Positions 8,810-21,271 are shown, counted from the first letter of the stretch. The stretch is DNA of 36,456 nucleotides from Nitrospinota bacterium (GCA_030754595.1 JASLZZ010000121.1:1-36456), one strand, 5' to 3'. Notes: generated from the letters alone by a model not told the origin. Numbers and translations: made by a program.

Positions 8810-8852
8810 TTCGATCCTCCGGCGGACCCAAGTTCGATCCTCCGGCGGACCC
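8810..8852. repeat. Perfect 20-bp direct repeat, two copies (TTCGATCCTCCGGCGGACCC)
   Basis: Copies at 8810-8829 and 8833-8852, period 23, in a divergent intergenic region. Confidence 0.9.
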
Positions 8853-9077
8853 GAATATATATACCGAATTCCTCCCGCCTGAAACCGCTGAGCCGGATCG
8901 CCATAAACAATTGAAACCAAATCTCTTCCATCGGCACAAGCCGGGGCCGGGGGGCCATGGTATGCTCTGATCTTCTCGAAATTCCTTTTCCCGGTGCGGA
9001 GCCCATCTCCGGCCCGGACGGCGGAGACCGGAGAGCATGCAAAGACCTGTCTCAAATCGCGCCGCGAGGCGATCCGG

Positions 9078-10256
9078 ATGACGGCTCCTCTAGAGGGAGT
9101 GAAAGTTCTCGATCTGACCCGTCTCATCGTCGGCGGCTATTACGGAATGCTGCTCGCCGACGCGGGCGCCGACGTGGTGAAGGTCGAGATCCCCCGCCGG
9201 GGGGACACCCTCCGGGCCTGGAGCCCTTCGTGGTGGAAGGTATACGGGCGCGGGAAAAAATCCATCACCCTCGACCTGACAAAGCCCGAAGGCCAGGCGC
9301 TTTTAAAAAATCTGGCGGCGGAGGCGGACATACTCGCCGAGAATTTTTTTCCGGGTAAACTCGAGTCGTGGGGCCTGTCCCCCAGCGAGCTCCACGAGGT
9401 GAACCCCCGCCTCGTCATCGTGAGGATTTCCGGCTGGGGGCAGGACGGCCCCTACCGGGATCGCCCTGGGTTCGGCACATTGGTCGAGGCGGCCTCCGGG
9501 TTCAGCGCGCTGAACGGATTTCCCGACTCACCGCCGCTGCTGCCGCCGGTCCCCATCGCGGACATGACGGCGGGCCTCTACGGGGTCGCCTCCACCATGT
9601 TCGCCCTCTACCGGCGGGACGCCCTCGGCGGCGGAAAAGGCCAGGTCATCGATCTGGCGCTTTATGAGCCCTTGTTCACCATCATCGGCCCCCACGCCGC
9701 CGAATTCGTGCTGAACGGCAAAAAATACAAACGCACCGGGAATCTTTCCGAAAACTCCTCTCCCCGAAACTGTTATCCGACGAGCGACAACCGGTGGATC
9801 GCCATCTCAGCCTCGACCCAGCCTATGTTCGAGCGCCTGGTCAAGGGCCTGGATCGGGCCGACCTTATTTCCGATCCGCGGTTCAAGGACAACATCACCC
9901 GGGTCGCCAACAACCCCGAACTCGACGCGATCATCGCCGCCGAAATCAGCCAACGCACCTGCGAGGAGAACATGGGCCGTTTCGTGGAGGGGGGCGTCAC
10001 CGCGATGCCAATTTACGATATCGAGGATATTTTTGCCGACCCTCATTTTCGCGAAAGAGAGCTTATTAAAAATATAATCGACCCCGATTTCGGGGAGGTG
10101 CCCATGCAAAACGTCACGCCGCGCATGTCCGAAACGCCGCAGGAAATCCGCTGGACGGGCCCCGCCCTGGGAGCCCACACCATTGAGATATTGGACGAAT
10201 GGCTGGGGATGGCGGCCGATGATGTGGACGCGCTGCGCCGGGACGGAGTAGTCTGA
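9078..10256 (+). CDS. Family III CoA-transferase (CaiB/BaiF)
   Basis: PLEGVKVLDL, ADAGADVVKVE, RGKKSITLDL, ENFFPG, ISGWGQDGPY, PIAD (catalytic Asp position) and PALGAHT. Confidence 0.92.
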   Translation: MTAPLEGVKVLDLTRLIVGGYYGMLLADAGADVVKVEIPRRGDTLRAWSPSWWKVYGRGKKSITLDLTKPEGQALLKNLAAEADILAENFFPGKLESWGLSPSELHEVNPRLVIVRISGWGQDGPYRDRPGFGTLVEAASGFSALNGFPDSPPLLPPVPIADMTAGLYGVASTMFALYRRDALGGGKGQVIDLALYEPLFTIIGPHAAEFVLNGKKYKRTGNLSENSSPRNCYPTSDNRWIAISASTQPMFERLVKGLDRADLISDPRFKDNITRVANNPELDAIIAAEISQRTCEENMGRFVEGGVTAMPIYDIEDIFADPHFRERELIKNIIDPDFGEVPMQNVTPRMSETPQEIRWTGPALGAHTIEILDEWLGMAADDVDALRRDGVV

Positions 10257-10262
10257 CCCGCT

Positions 10263-11135
10263 TCAGGCCGCCGCGAATATCAGGATTGACAGGACCGCGC
10301 AGGCCACGCCGAGCCCTTTTCGCGGGGAGAGTCTTTCCCCGAGAAAGATAACCGCCAGCAGCCCCGTGAGTACGAAACTCAGCTGAGCGATGGGCGCTAT
10401 CACCACGGCGTCCCCATAGATGAATCCGACCGATAGCGAGACATAGCTCGAAGAGGTGAGCACCCCGCAAACAAGGGGGACCCATAGCGCGCCCCCGCGC
10501 CGGGGCATCGGGTCACCCGATCGGATCGCATACGGAAGCGCCATGCAGAAAACGCCCAAGCTCTGCGCGAGTGTCATGGCCGCGGGGTTCGCCCCCATGC
10601 CGAGCCCGATTTTGATGAATAACCCGATAAATCCAAACAGGACCATGGCGCCCACCGCCAGAGCGAGGGCGCGCCGGTCTCCCCTGCCGGAGAAAATACC
10701 CGACCCCCCGGCCAGCACCGCCGAGCCCGCCAAGAGTAGAGCCGCGCCCTTGAGCAGGGTCACTTCCTCCCCGATCAGGGTGATCGTCAACAGGGCGGTC
10801 ACCGCGAAATTCAGCCGCACGATGGGTATGAGCGTGACGGCCTCCCCCCGCCGCATCGCCAGAAGGATAAAGAGGAATGCCGTGAAAGCGAGAACGCCGT
10901 TCAAGAGGCCGAACCAGAGACCGGGGTTCCACGCCAGCTCCGAGCGAAGGAAGGCAAGGCCGAAGGCGGTGGGCATATAGGCGAAATTCTGCACCAACAT
11001 GAACGGGCCGCCCCGCAGATCCCACTTTTGGCCCCATTTATATAGAAAATCGCTCGTGCCGAGAAAGCACATGGACAGGAGCGCAAAAACGATTTCCGGC
11101 GGCAACTTATCCTCCGTCAGAATTTCGCCGAGCAA
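10263..11135 (-). CDS. DMT/EamA-family transporter
   Basis: Two hydrophobic repeats ending LIGEEVT and FLGERLS. Start uncertain. Confidence 0.85.
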   Translation of the reverse strand: MLGEILTEDKLPPEIVFALLSMCFLGTSDFLYKWGQKWDLRGGPFMLVQNFAYMPTAFGLAFLRSELAWNPGLWFGLLNGVLAFTAFLFILLAMRRGEAVTLIPIVRLNFAVTALLTITLIGEEVTLLKGAALLLAGSAVLAGGSGIFSGRGDRRALALAVGAMVLFGFIGLFIKIGLGMGANPAAMTLAQSLGVFCMALPYAIRSGDPMPRRGGALWVPLVCGVLTSSSYVSLSVGFIYGDAVVIAPIAQLSFVLTGLLAVIFLGERLSPRKGLGVACAVLSILIFAAA

Positions 11136-11219
11136 CGCCGCTATACTTTTCCGGCGGCGGATGGAATGCTACGGTCTGGTTTCTCACCGGTGTTAACATA
11201 AACAAATACGGGAGGCTAT

Positions 11220-11669
11220 ATGAGCCGCGAATATCCCCTTCGGCCCATTGTCGGTGTCGGGGCCATCATCTTCAGCGAAGGGGAAGTCCTGATGGCGCGG
11301 AGGGGCAAGGCCCCGGGGGTGGGAAACTGGAGCGTTCCCGGCGGGGCCCTCGAGCTGGGCGAGACGCTCGAGGAGGCATGCAAGCGCGAGGTGCTCGAAG
11401 AAACGGGCCTCGCCGTCGAGATCGTCTCGCGTTGCGCGGTTCTCGACCGCATCACGCGGGACAACTGGGACCGGGTGCAGTATCACTATGTCCTCGTCGA
11501 TTTCGCATGCCGCCCCTTGGAAGGTTCGCTCCAACCCGGAAGCGACATCACCGAGGCAAGGTGGGTCCCGCTGGAGGAGCTGGAAAACATCGAACCCATG
11601 ACGCGGGGAACGGCCAGAGTCATTCTCGACGCCGCCGGGGATTTGCAGGCGCAAAATATTTCCTTTTAA
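11220..11669 (+). CDS. Nudix hydrolase (ADP-ribose pyrophosphatase-like)
   Basis: Nudix box GGALELGETLEEACKREVLEETG; SREYP..PIVGVGA N-terminus; GGAGG RBS. Confidence 0.92.
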   Translation: MSREYPLRPIVGVGAIIFSEGEVLMARRGKAPGVGNWSVPGGALELGETLEEACKREVLEETGLAVEIVSRCAVLDRITRDNWDRVQYHYVLVDFACRPLEGSLQPGSDITEARWVPLEELENIEPMTRGTARVILDAAGDLQAQNISF

Positions 11670-11796
11670 GCCGGGCGCCCGCCCACCGGTTTTTGACTGC
11701 CCTTTGCCCACCCGTTTTTGACAGCCATTTGAAGATCGCGGAGAATCACGCCTGACCCCGGCCGCGAAGAGCGCTTTCAGCCAGCGGGAGACCAAG

Positions 11797-12507
11797 GTGA
11801 ACGATGGGTCCGAGGATCATACCGCCGAACAAAACGCCCGAAAGGATTCGCTCTTCCTGCGGCTCGTGAGCCGCGACCTCGGCGAACCTTTCGCCGAGTT
11901 TCGAAGCCGCTTCCAGGATTTGACCAACGAAACCAACCTTTTTGTACTTCGCGAGAGTTTGGCAGAACTCTCGGAGCCCGTTTACAGGCTGGACCGCCTC
12001 ATCCGCGATCTTGTCGATACCGCCGCGATTGAATCGGGGGAGTTGATTGACAAGGCTGAGACCGTCGATTTGGCCGCTCTTCTCAGCGATCAAATCAGCA
12101 AGCGGCTACGGCGCCTTCACGGATACAGGTTTCAGCCGGAAATACCGTCCTCGGCCCTTCACGTCACGGGCGACAAGGCCAGGCTCGCCACCCTGATAAA
12201 CGACCTGCTTGACGCGGTGATACTTTTCTCCCCGGAGGGGGGCACCATTCTGGCCCGTCTGTCCCGCGATGAAGATAACATTTGCATTTCCACCGAAAAT
12301 CGCGCGGCGCATTCTCCGCCGCCCGGGACCGGCACTATTCTCGAATGGCTTGACGCCTGTCTCCAGGAAGCCAAGGGCTTCGAAGGAGTGGGCATCGGTC
12401 TTTACCGCTCATACCTCACCGCCAGGTTTTGGGGCGGGGAATTAAATGTAGTAACGCCTCCGGGCGGAGGCGTATCGTTCACCTTATGCATTCCCTATAA
12501 AAAATAG
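11797..12507 (+). CDS. Degenerate histidine kinase-like protein (DHp plus HATPase fold, phospho-His absent)
   Basis: RLDRLIRDLVD, VDLAALL, VTGDKARLATLINDLL, GVGIGL, WGGELNV and GVSFTLCIP follow histidine kinase layout. The H-box reads VSRDLGEP. Confidence 0.75.
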   Translation: MNDGSEDHTAEQNARKDSLFLRLVSRDLGEPFAEFRSRFQDLTNETNLFVLRESLAELSEPVYRLDRLIRDLVDTAAIESGELIDKAETVDLAALLSDQISKRLRRLHGYRFQPEIPSSALHVTGDKARLATLINDLLDAVILFSPEGGTILARLSRDEDNICISTENRAAHSPPPGTGTILEWLDACLQEAKGFEGVGIGLYRSYLTARFWGGELNVVTPPGGGVSFTLCIPYKK

Positions 12508-12522
12508 AAAGCATTTTTATTC

Positions 12523-13593
12523 ATGGAGAATTCCAGACGCATCTCGCCGGAAGCGCTGACCGATTTCGCCTCGGATGTGACTCAATCTCTCGGGGCGGCT
12601 GCGGATCGGGCCAGAACAACGGCGGAAGTGCTCGCCGCTGCCGACTTGAGAGGGATATCCAGCCACGGCGTCGCCGGTGGCACCGGGTTGAGGGAGCTCG
12701 TCGATCGAACCCGGCTGGATGCCATCGATATAACGGCGCTTCCCGAGGTGAAGCGGAAGAGCGGCTGGGCCGTCGCCGCGATGAACGCCAACGGCGGCCT
12801 CGGGCACCCGGCGGCGATGGAAGCCGCCCAGCTCGCGGGCGATCTGGCCGAGGAATACGGCTGTGGCCGGGTCCACGTCCACGACGGGAATCATTTCGGG
12901 GCGGCCTGTGTATATGTCGAGGCGCTAATTGCCCGCGGATTCGCCGCCCGGGCCACCTGCACCGCGGGCGCCTGGATGATGCCTTACGGCGGAAGCCACG
13001 TCCGGCTGGGAACAAACCCCATCGCCTGGGGACTTCCCTGCGGCGATGAAGCCATCGTCATCGATATCGCCACGACGCAGCGCGCGGTGAGCCCGGCGAT
13101 TCGCGCCACGAGATCGGGCGCGCCCATTCCTCCCGATTATTTCAAGGACAAGGACGGCAACGTGCTCGAGGGGGTTGTTCCCTACGAAAGTTTGATCGGC
13201 GGATCGGTTCTTCCCTTGGGAGGGGAGACTTTCGGCTATAAAGGGTCGGGGTTGAACATTCTCGTCGAGCTGGACAACGTCATCGGCGGGGGGTCCACGG
13301 AGCGGGTCAAAAACATGCGGGAGACGCCTAAAAGCCGGGTGTCCCAGACCTTCGAAGCCTGGCGAATAGATTTTTTATTTCCCGAGGAGGAAGCCCGCCG
13401 CCGCCTGGAGGAAACCATCAGCGACATCAGGAAGTACGGGGGACCCGAGATGCTCCTTCCGGGCGAGCGCGAGGCGCGCCACATGGCCGACGCCAGGGCA
13501 AGCGGCATCCCCTACGAAGAAGCCCAGTGGGAAATGCTCCGGGGCATATCCAAAGATACGGGAATCGAGGTTCCCGCCCCGCTTTCCGCATGA
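12523..13593 (+). CDS. Ldh_2-family NAD(P)-dependent dehydrogenase (AllD/ComC/DpkA-like)
   Basis: ADLRGISSHG, NHFGAA, LGTNPIAWG, IDIATT, GYKGSGL and LLPGERE. Confidence 0.9.
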   Translation: MENSRRISPEALTDFASDVTQSLGAAADRARTTAEVLAAADLRGISSHGVAGGTGLRELVDRTRLDAIDITALPEVKRKSGWAVAAMNANGGLGHPAAMEAAQLAGDLAEEYGCGRVHVHDGNHFGAACVYVEALIARGFAARATCTAGAWMMPYGGSHVRLGTNPIAWGLPCGDEAIVIDIATTQRAVSPAIRATRSGAPIPPDYFKDKDGNVLEGVVPYESLIGGSVLPLGGETFGYKGSGLNILVELDNVIGGGSTERVKNMRETPKSRVSQTFEAWRIDFLFPEEEARRRLEETISDIRKYGGPEMLLPGEREARHMADARASGIPYEEAQWEMLRGISKDTGIEVPAPLSA

Positions 13594-13608
13594 GGCCCCT
13601 TTAATAAA

Positions 13609-14910
13609 TTATTCGCCGCCCCCGCTTCCGCCGGGGGGACTTTTTTTCGGAGCCCGGCCCCTCGAAACCGGCTCGCAGCCAATTTTCTCGATTTGCCTCT
13701 CGGTGGCTTCTTCCACGGTGAACGTACATCCATCGATCTTTACCCGCTCGCCCTTTTTGGGGATATGCTCAAACACCTCGAGGAGGTAACCACCCAGGGT
13801 TTCGTAGTCGCCCTCGGGCACGGGAATCGAAAGCTCCTCGCGCACCGCCTCGACCTCCATCCGGGCGTCCACCATGAATTTTCCGTCCGAAGTCCGCTGG
13901 AAAAGCCCGCCTTCGTCCACGTCGAATTCGTCGCTGATCTCCCCGACGATCTCCTCGACCAGGTCTTCCATCGTGACGACGCCCACGCAGCCGCCGTACT
14001 CGTCCACCACCACCGCGAGTTTCACTTTCTCGCGCTGCATGTTTTCGAGGAGTACATCCGCCGGCTGGGATTCGGGGACAAAATAAGGAGAGCGCATCAA
14101 ATCCGGCTTTCCTTTGAGCGGGCCGTTGGCTTCCTCGCCGATCGCGATGATGTCCCTTGCATTGACGGCCCCGACAATATGATGAATCTCTTCTTTGTAG
14201 ACCAGAATGCTGGAATGGCCGTCCCCCTTGATTCGCTCGATCACTTCTTCGATGGTGGACTCTTCGTCCACAGCCGAGACCTCGACCTGGGGCACCATTA
14301 CATTCGCGACATCCAGATCGCCGAAAGACAAAATGCGTCCGATCATCTTTCGCTCGTCCGCCTGGAGGTCGCCCTCTCTAGGCTCCTCGACGAGGACCTC
14401 GAGTTCCTGGCGGGTGACGAAGGGGCTCCTGTGGTTTGTCTCGCTTCCCCGGTTCAGGACCGATTGGATCAGACGGTTGAGCAACCACACAATGGGATAC
14501 ACCAGCCCCCGCGCGGCCCATACAATCCGGGCCAGCCGGGGCGCGAGCGTGTCCGCGCGATCCTGGCAATAGCTCTTCGGGACCACCTCGCCGAAAATCA
14601 CGATGAACGGGATGACCAATAGGATTGAAAGAAGCTCCCCGTACCTGGGGCCGACAAGCTCTATCGCCGCCAGAGTCGCCAGCGCCACATTGGTTACAAA
14701 ACAGGCGTTGTGGCAGGTCAGAATCGTACCCATCAGCCACTCGGGCGCTTCGATCAGGCGCAGCGCCGTTTCGGCCCCGCGGTCACCCTCGTTCGCCAGG
14801 GTGCGAAGGCGGGCGCGGTTCGCGGAAATAATGGCTATCTCGGAGCCCGAAAAAAGCGCCTCGCCGATGAGGAGCAAAATTCCGATGGGAATGAAGGTCG
14901 TGAGAGACAT
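13609..14910 (-). CDS. CNNM/CorB hemolysin-family protein (DUF21-CBS-CorC_HlyC), copy 2
   Basis: FSGSEIA, FGEVVPKS, FVPES, VVDEYGG, EDLVEEIVGEISDEFD and YETLGG. ATG overlaps the stop of copy 1 (TAATG). Confidence 0.9.
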   Translation of the reverse strand: MSLTTFIPIGILLLIGEALFSGSEIAIISANRARLRTLANEGDRGAETALRLIEAPEWLMGTILTCHNACFVTNVALATLAAIELVGPRYGELLSILLVIPFIVIFGEVVPKSYCQDRADTLAPRLARIVWAARGLVYPIVWLLNRLIQSVLNRGSETNHRSPFVTRQELEVLVEEPREGDLQADERKMIGRILSFGDLDVANVMVPQVEVSAVDEESTIEEVIERIKGDGHSSILVYKEEIHHIVGAVNARDIIAIGEEANGPLKGKPDLMRSPYFVPESQPADVLLENMQREKVKLAVVVDEYGGCVGVVTMEDLVEEIVGEISDEFDVDEGGLFQRTSDGKFMVDARMEVEAVREELSIPVPEGDYETLGGYLLEVFEHIPKKGERVKIDGCTFTVEEATERQIEKIGCEPVSRGRAPKKSPPGGSGGGE

Positions 14911-16184
14911 TACCCTGGCTCCTCGGTGCGCATGGCCCGCAGCCGGACCACCCGGGTGTTCTCCACCCCGAGAACCGTGAACTCGACTCCCCCGTAGCGG
15001 ACACTCTCGCCCAATTCGGGCACATGCCCCATCAGCGTGAACACCAGGCCGCCCACCGAATGGGCCTCGGAGTAGTCGGGAAGAAGCCAGCCGGTTTGCT
15101 CCGAGAAATCCCACAAAGGAACCCGCGCCTGGCATATAAAAGCGCCGTCGGGCTGTTTTTCGATATCCGCTTCCTCCTCCTCGTCGAACTCGTCCCGAAT
15201 TTCACCGAATATTTCATCTAGCAGGTCGGTCATCGTCACCAATCCGGCGACCCCTCCGAACTCATCGGCCACAATCGCCAGATGGGTTCTCTCCTGCCGA
15301 AAGATGCGGAAGAGCGCATCGAGCTTCATGCCCTCGGGAACGATCAACGGCTCACGCAGCAACTCACGCGGCAATGCGAGATTGAGGTCGAATTGCGTTT
15401 GCCCCGAGACGCCCAGAAAATCCCTCAGATAAAGTATCCCCGCGATATGGTCGCGGTCGCCCTCGTACACGGGGACGCGCGAGTGGGCCGACTCTCGCAC
15501 CAGTCTCGATATCTCGGAAAGCGGCAGACCGGCCTCCCAACACTCCATGTCCGTGCGGGGAATCGTGATCTCGCCAACGGTTCTGTCGTAAAATTCGAAT
15601 ATGTTCCGGATATAGGCCTGCTCGGTGGCGTCCAGCTCGCCCTCCTCGAGACCCGCCTCGACCAATGTCAGGAACTCGTCTTCCATCAGTATATTGCTCT
15701 GATCCCTCGCCGAAGCCCCCAAAAGAGACAGGACCGCGTTAGCGATTTGGAGGAATACCCAGCGGACCGGTTGGATAATACTGGTAAACCAGGCCAGCGG
15801 AATCACCAGACCCCGGGCCAGCGATTCGGGAAAGCGGGCCGCGAATGATTTCGGGGAAATTTCTCCGAACACCATCAGGATCGGCGTCATCAGGATGGGA
15901 GCGAGCCAACTCCGTCCCTCCCCTAAAACGATGATTATCCCGCCCGTGAATATCGCCGAAGCGACGATATTGACTATTTCATTTCCCATCAGGATGGAAA
16001 TGATCAACCGGCGCGGGCGATCGAGCAGCGAGGCGATTTTTTCACCCAGCCGGCTTTCCTTGCGGAGAATCTGCACCCGGATACGGCTGAGAGAGAAAAA
16101 AGCCGTCTCGCTCGCGGAAAAAAATGCGGAGAGAAACATCAACAAAACGAAGGCGGCGAGCCGGAGGATTAAGTCCGCTTCCAT
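14910..16184 (-). CDS. CNNM/CorB hemolysin-family protein (DUF21-CBS-CorC_HlyC), copy 1
   Basis: SAFFSASETAFFSL, GNEIVN, FGEISPKS, HSRVPVY, DEFGG and DLLDEIFGEIRDEFD. Confidence 0.92.
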   Translation of the reverse strand: MEADLILRLAAFVLLMFLSAFFSASETAFFSLSRIRVQILRKESRLGEKIASLLDRPRRLIISILMGNEIVNIVASAIFTGGIIIVLGEGRSWLAPILMTPILMVFGEISPKSFAARFPESLARGLVIPLAWFTSIIQPVRWVFLQIANAVLSLLGASARDQSNILMEDEFLTLVEAGLEEGELDATEQAYIRNIFEFYDRTVGEITIPRTDMECWEAGLPLSEISRLVRESAHSRVPVYEGDRDHIAGILYLRDFLGVSGQTQFDLNLALPRELLREPLIVPEGMKLDALFRIFRQERTHLAIVADEFGGVAGLVTMTDLLDEIFGEIRDEFDEEEEADIEKQPDGAFICQARVPLWDFSEQTGWLLPDYSEAHSVGGLVFTLMGHVPELGESVRYGGVEFTVLGVENTRVVRLRAMRTEEPG

Positions 16185-16303
16185 GACCTAACCTTCAAGC
16201 CGAGGCCGAAAATACGGACCCGGCCCGCCGGGGACACGCGAGGTGGGAACCTCTTGAAAAAAGTCCGGGGGATGGGGTTCGTCCGGAGGTTCTGACGGGG
16301 TCA

Positions 16304-17179
16304 TTACAGATCCAGGCTCCTCAAATAATCCCTGAACTGGGGACCGATATCGCCGCGGGCCAACGCGAATTCCACAGTCGCCTGCAAAAATCCAAGCTTG
16401 TCTCCCACGTCATAGCGCTTGCCCTCGAACTCGTAGGCGAACACCGGGGAATTTTCTAAAAGTAAACGGAGCCCGTCGGTCAGCTGTATTTCCCCGTTGG
16501 CGTCGGGGGAAACATTTTCGAGACAATCGAATATTTCGGGCGGAAGAATATAGCGCCCGATGATCGCAAGGTTCGACGGCGCCTCGCTGGCGGGGGGCTT
16601 CTCGACCATGCCCTGGAGGGGGGTGAGCCGCGGGCTCGGCGAGGGGGCGTCGGCTGGGGTTGCACATCCGTATTTGGATATTTCCCCTTCATCCACCTCC
16701 ATCACGGAAAGGATGGCGCCGCCGTGCGTCTCGTAAGCCTCGGCCATCTGGCCGATGACCGGCTGCCGGCTTTGGATAATATCGTCGCTCAAAATCACGG
16801 CGAAAGGCTCGTCGCCCACAACGGATTTAGCGCAGAGAACCGCATGACCCAGGCCGAGCGGGGTTTTTTGCCGGATAGCCGCGACATGCGCCTTTTCGGC
16901 GACCTCCCGCGCAAGCGAATGCAGATCGGATTTTCCGCGGTTCCGGAGATGGTCCTCGAGCTCGTAGGAGACATCGAAATGATCGACCACCGAGACCTTG
17001 CCCCGCCCGGTGATGAATATGATGTCCTCGATTCCGGCGTCGAGCGCCTCCTGAACACCCATCTGGATCTGAGGCGTATCCACGATGGGCAACATTTCCT
17101 TGGGTATCACCTTGGTGGCGGGCAGAAAACGGGTGCCCAGACCGGCAGCCGGAAAAACGGCCTTACGAATTTTGCTCAC
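16304..17179 (-). CDS. galU: UTP--glucose-1-phosphate uridylyltransferase
   Basis: KAVFPAAGLGTRFLPATK, PKEMLP, GLGHAVLCA, VEKP and EIQLTD. Confidence 0.96.
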   Translation of the reverse strand: MSKIRKAVFPAAGLGTRFLPATKVIPKEMLPIVDTPQIQMGVQEALDAGIEDIIFITGRGKVSVVDHFDVSYELEDHLRNRGKSDLHSLAREVAEKAHVAAIRQKTPLGLGHAVLCAKSVVGDEPFAVILSDDIIQSRQPVIGQMAEAYETHGGAILSVMEVDEGEISKYGCATPADAPSPSPRLTPLQGMVEKPPASEAPSNLAIIGRYILPPEIFDCLENVSPDANGEIQLTDGLRLLLENSPVFAYEFEGKRYDVGDKLGFLQATVEFALARGDIGPQFRDYLRSLDL

Positions 17180-17275
17180 GAGGTCAGCTCGCCGCTAGAA
17201 GACGCCGGGTGCGGAGTAGATGAGGGAATTGAGTCGTCCATTTCCGAGAAATCCTAATAAAAACAGGCAGTTTCG

Positions 17276-20444
<3,169 letters not shown>

Positions 20445-20507
20445 AGAAAAAAAACTCCCCGGCGGATTTCCGCCGGGGAGTCCTTTAAGTGGCGAAAGCA
20501 AAAAAAC

Positions 20508-21098
20508 TTAATTCATCCCCGAGGGAATGCCGCCTATCACGTTGAACTTCGCCCGGCGATTCTGGGCCCAGGCGAGCTCGTGAGAAGCCGAATTGGCGGG
20601 CCGCTCTTCCCCGTAGCTTACCGTATCGATTCTCGGTGCCGACACGCCGAGCGAGACCAGATAGTCCTTCGCGGTCTGGCCGCGGCGGTGGCCCAAGGCA
20701 ATATTGTACTCGGCGGTGCCCCTTTCGTCGCAGTGTCCCTCGATCTGAACGCGAACGGTCGAAAAATCGAGGAGAAATTGCGCCTTGCGGTCAAGGACGG
20801 CCCGCATATCGGGCCGGATTTCCGAGCGATCAAAGTCGAAATAAACGAGACCATCTTCAAATTCGCTCAATGACCTTTTGAAGTTCGCCCGGTTCCGCCG
20901 GCGTTCGGCTTCGGTCATGCTCCCTTCGCTCATGGCCCGGGGAGAGGCGGCAGCCCCCGCCTTTTTCATGGCCGGGGAAGCCGAAGCCACCGCTTCGTCG
21001 GATTTTACTGTCTGCTGGGCACATCCCACCGCAAGGAGCAGGGCTGCTCCTCCTACTACAACAAATTTAAATTGCTTGAAATATCCCATCGCGAACAT
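20508..21098 (-). CDS. pal: Peptidoglycan-associated lipoprotein
   Basis: LAVGC lipobox, VYFDFDRS, IEGHCDERGTAEYNIALG, SYGEERP and AQNRRA; GAGGAGG RBS. Confidence 0.96.
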   Translation of the reverse strand: MFAMGYFKQFKFVVVGGAALLLAVGCAQQTVKSDEAVASASPAMKKAGAAASPRAMSEGSMTEAERRRNRANFKRSLSEFEDGLVYFDFDRSEIRPDMRAVLDRKAQFLLDFSTVRVQIEGHCDERGTAEYNIALGHRRGQTAKDYLVSLGVSAPRIDTVSYGEERPANSASHELAWAQNRRAKFNVIGGIPSGMN

Positions 21099-21242
21099 TC
21101 AAACGTCCTCCTCGCAGCCCTCTGTATAGTATTCTACTGGAGCGGGAAGCATAAAAACCAAAGGGGAGCCGTCCCCTTCACATGATACGCCCCGAGTCAG
21201 GGCGGGATGGTGCTCCCACGGTCATATAAGCCACGAAACGAA

Positions 21243-21271
21243 AGTATAAGGCCTTGATGGATAAGGGGCAA
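21243..21271 (-). promoter_or_regulatory. Putative internal sigma70 promoter for pal-cpoB
   Basis: TTGCCC-N17-TATACT in the tolB-pal intergenic region. Confidence 0.55.

Noticed and set aside
8810..8852. Direct repeat as a mini-CRISPR or tRNA fragment (GTTCGATCC resembles a T-loop)
   Set aside because: Only two copies with a 3-nt spacer, no cas genes, and no cloverleaf or CCA.
8761..9042. N-terminal extension of the LOG ORF in the ORF track
   Set aside because: LOG homology starts at MTVKLKRICVF (8760). The extension crosses the G10 tract and the direct repeat and is not protein-like.
13693..14622. 309-aa plus-strand ORF (similarly 17651-18427, 25292-26266, 30167-30982 and 34915-35622)
   Set aside because: All lie antisense to well-supported genes and lack domain signatures.
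16188..16304. 38-codon minus-strand ORF overlapping the galU stop (MTPSEPPDEPHPP...)
   Set aside because: Pro-rich, no recognisable family, and no independent support.
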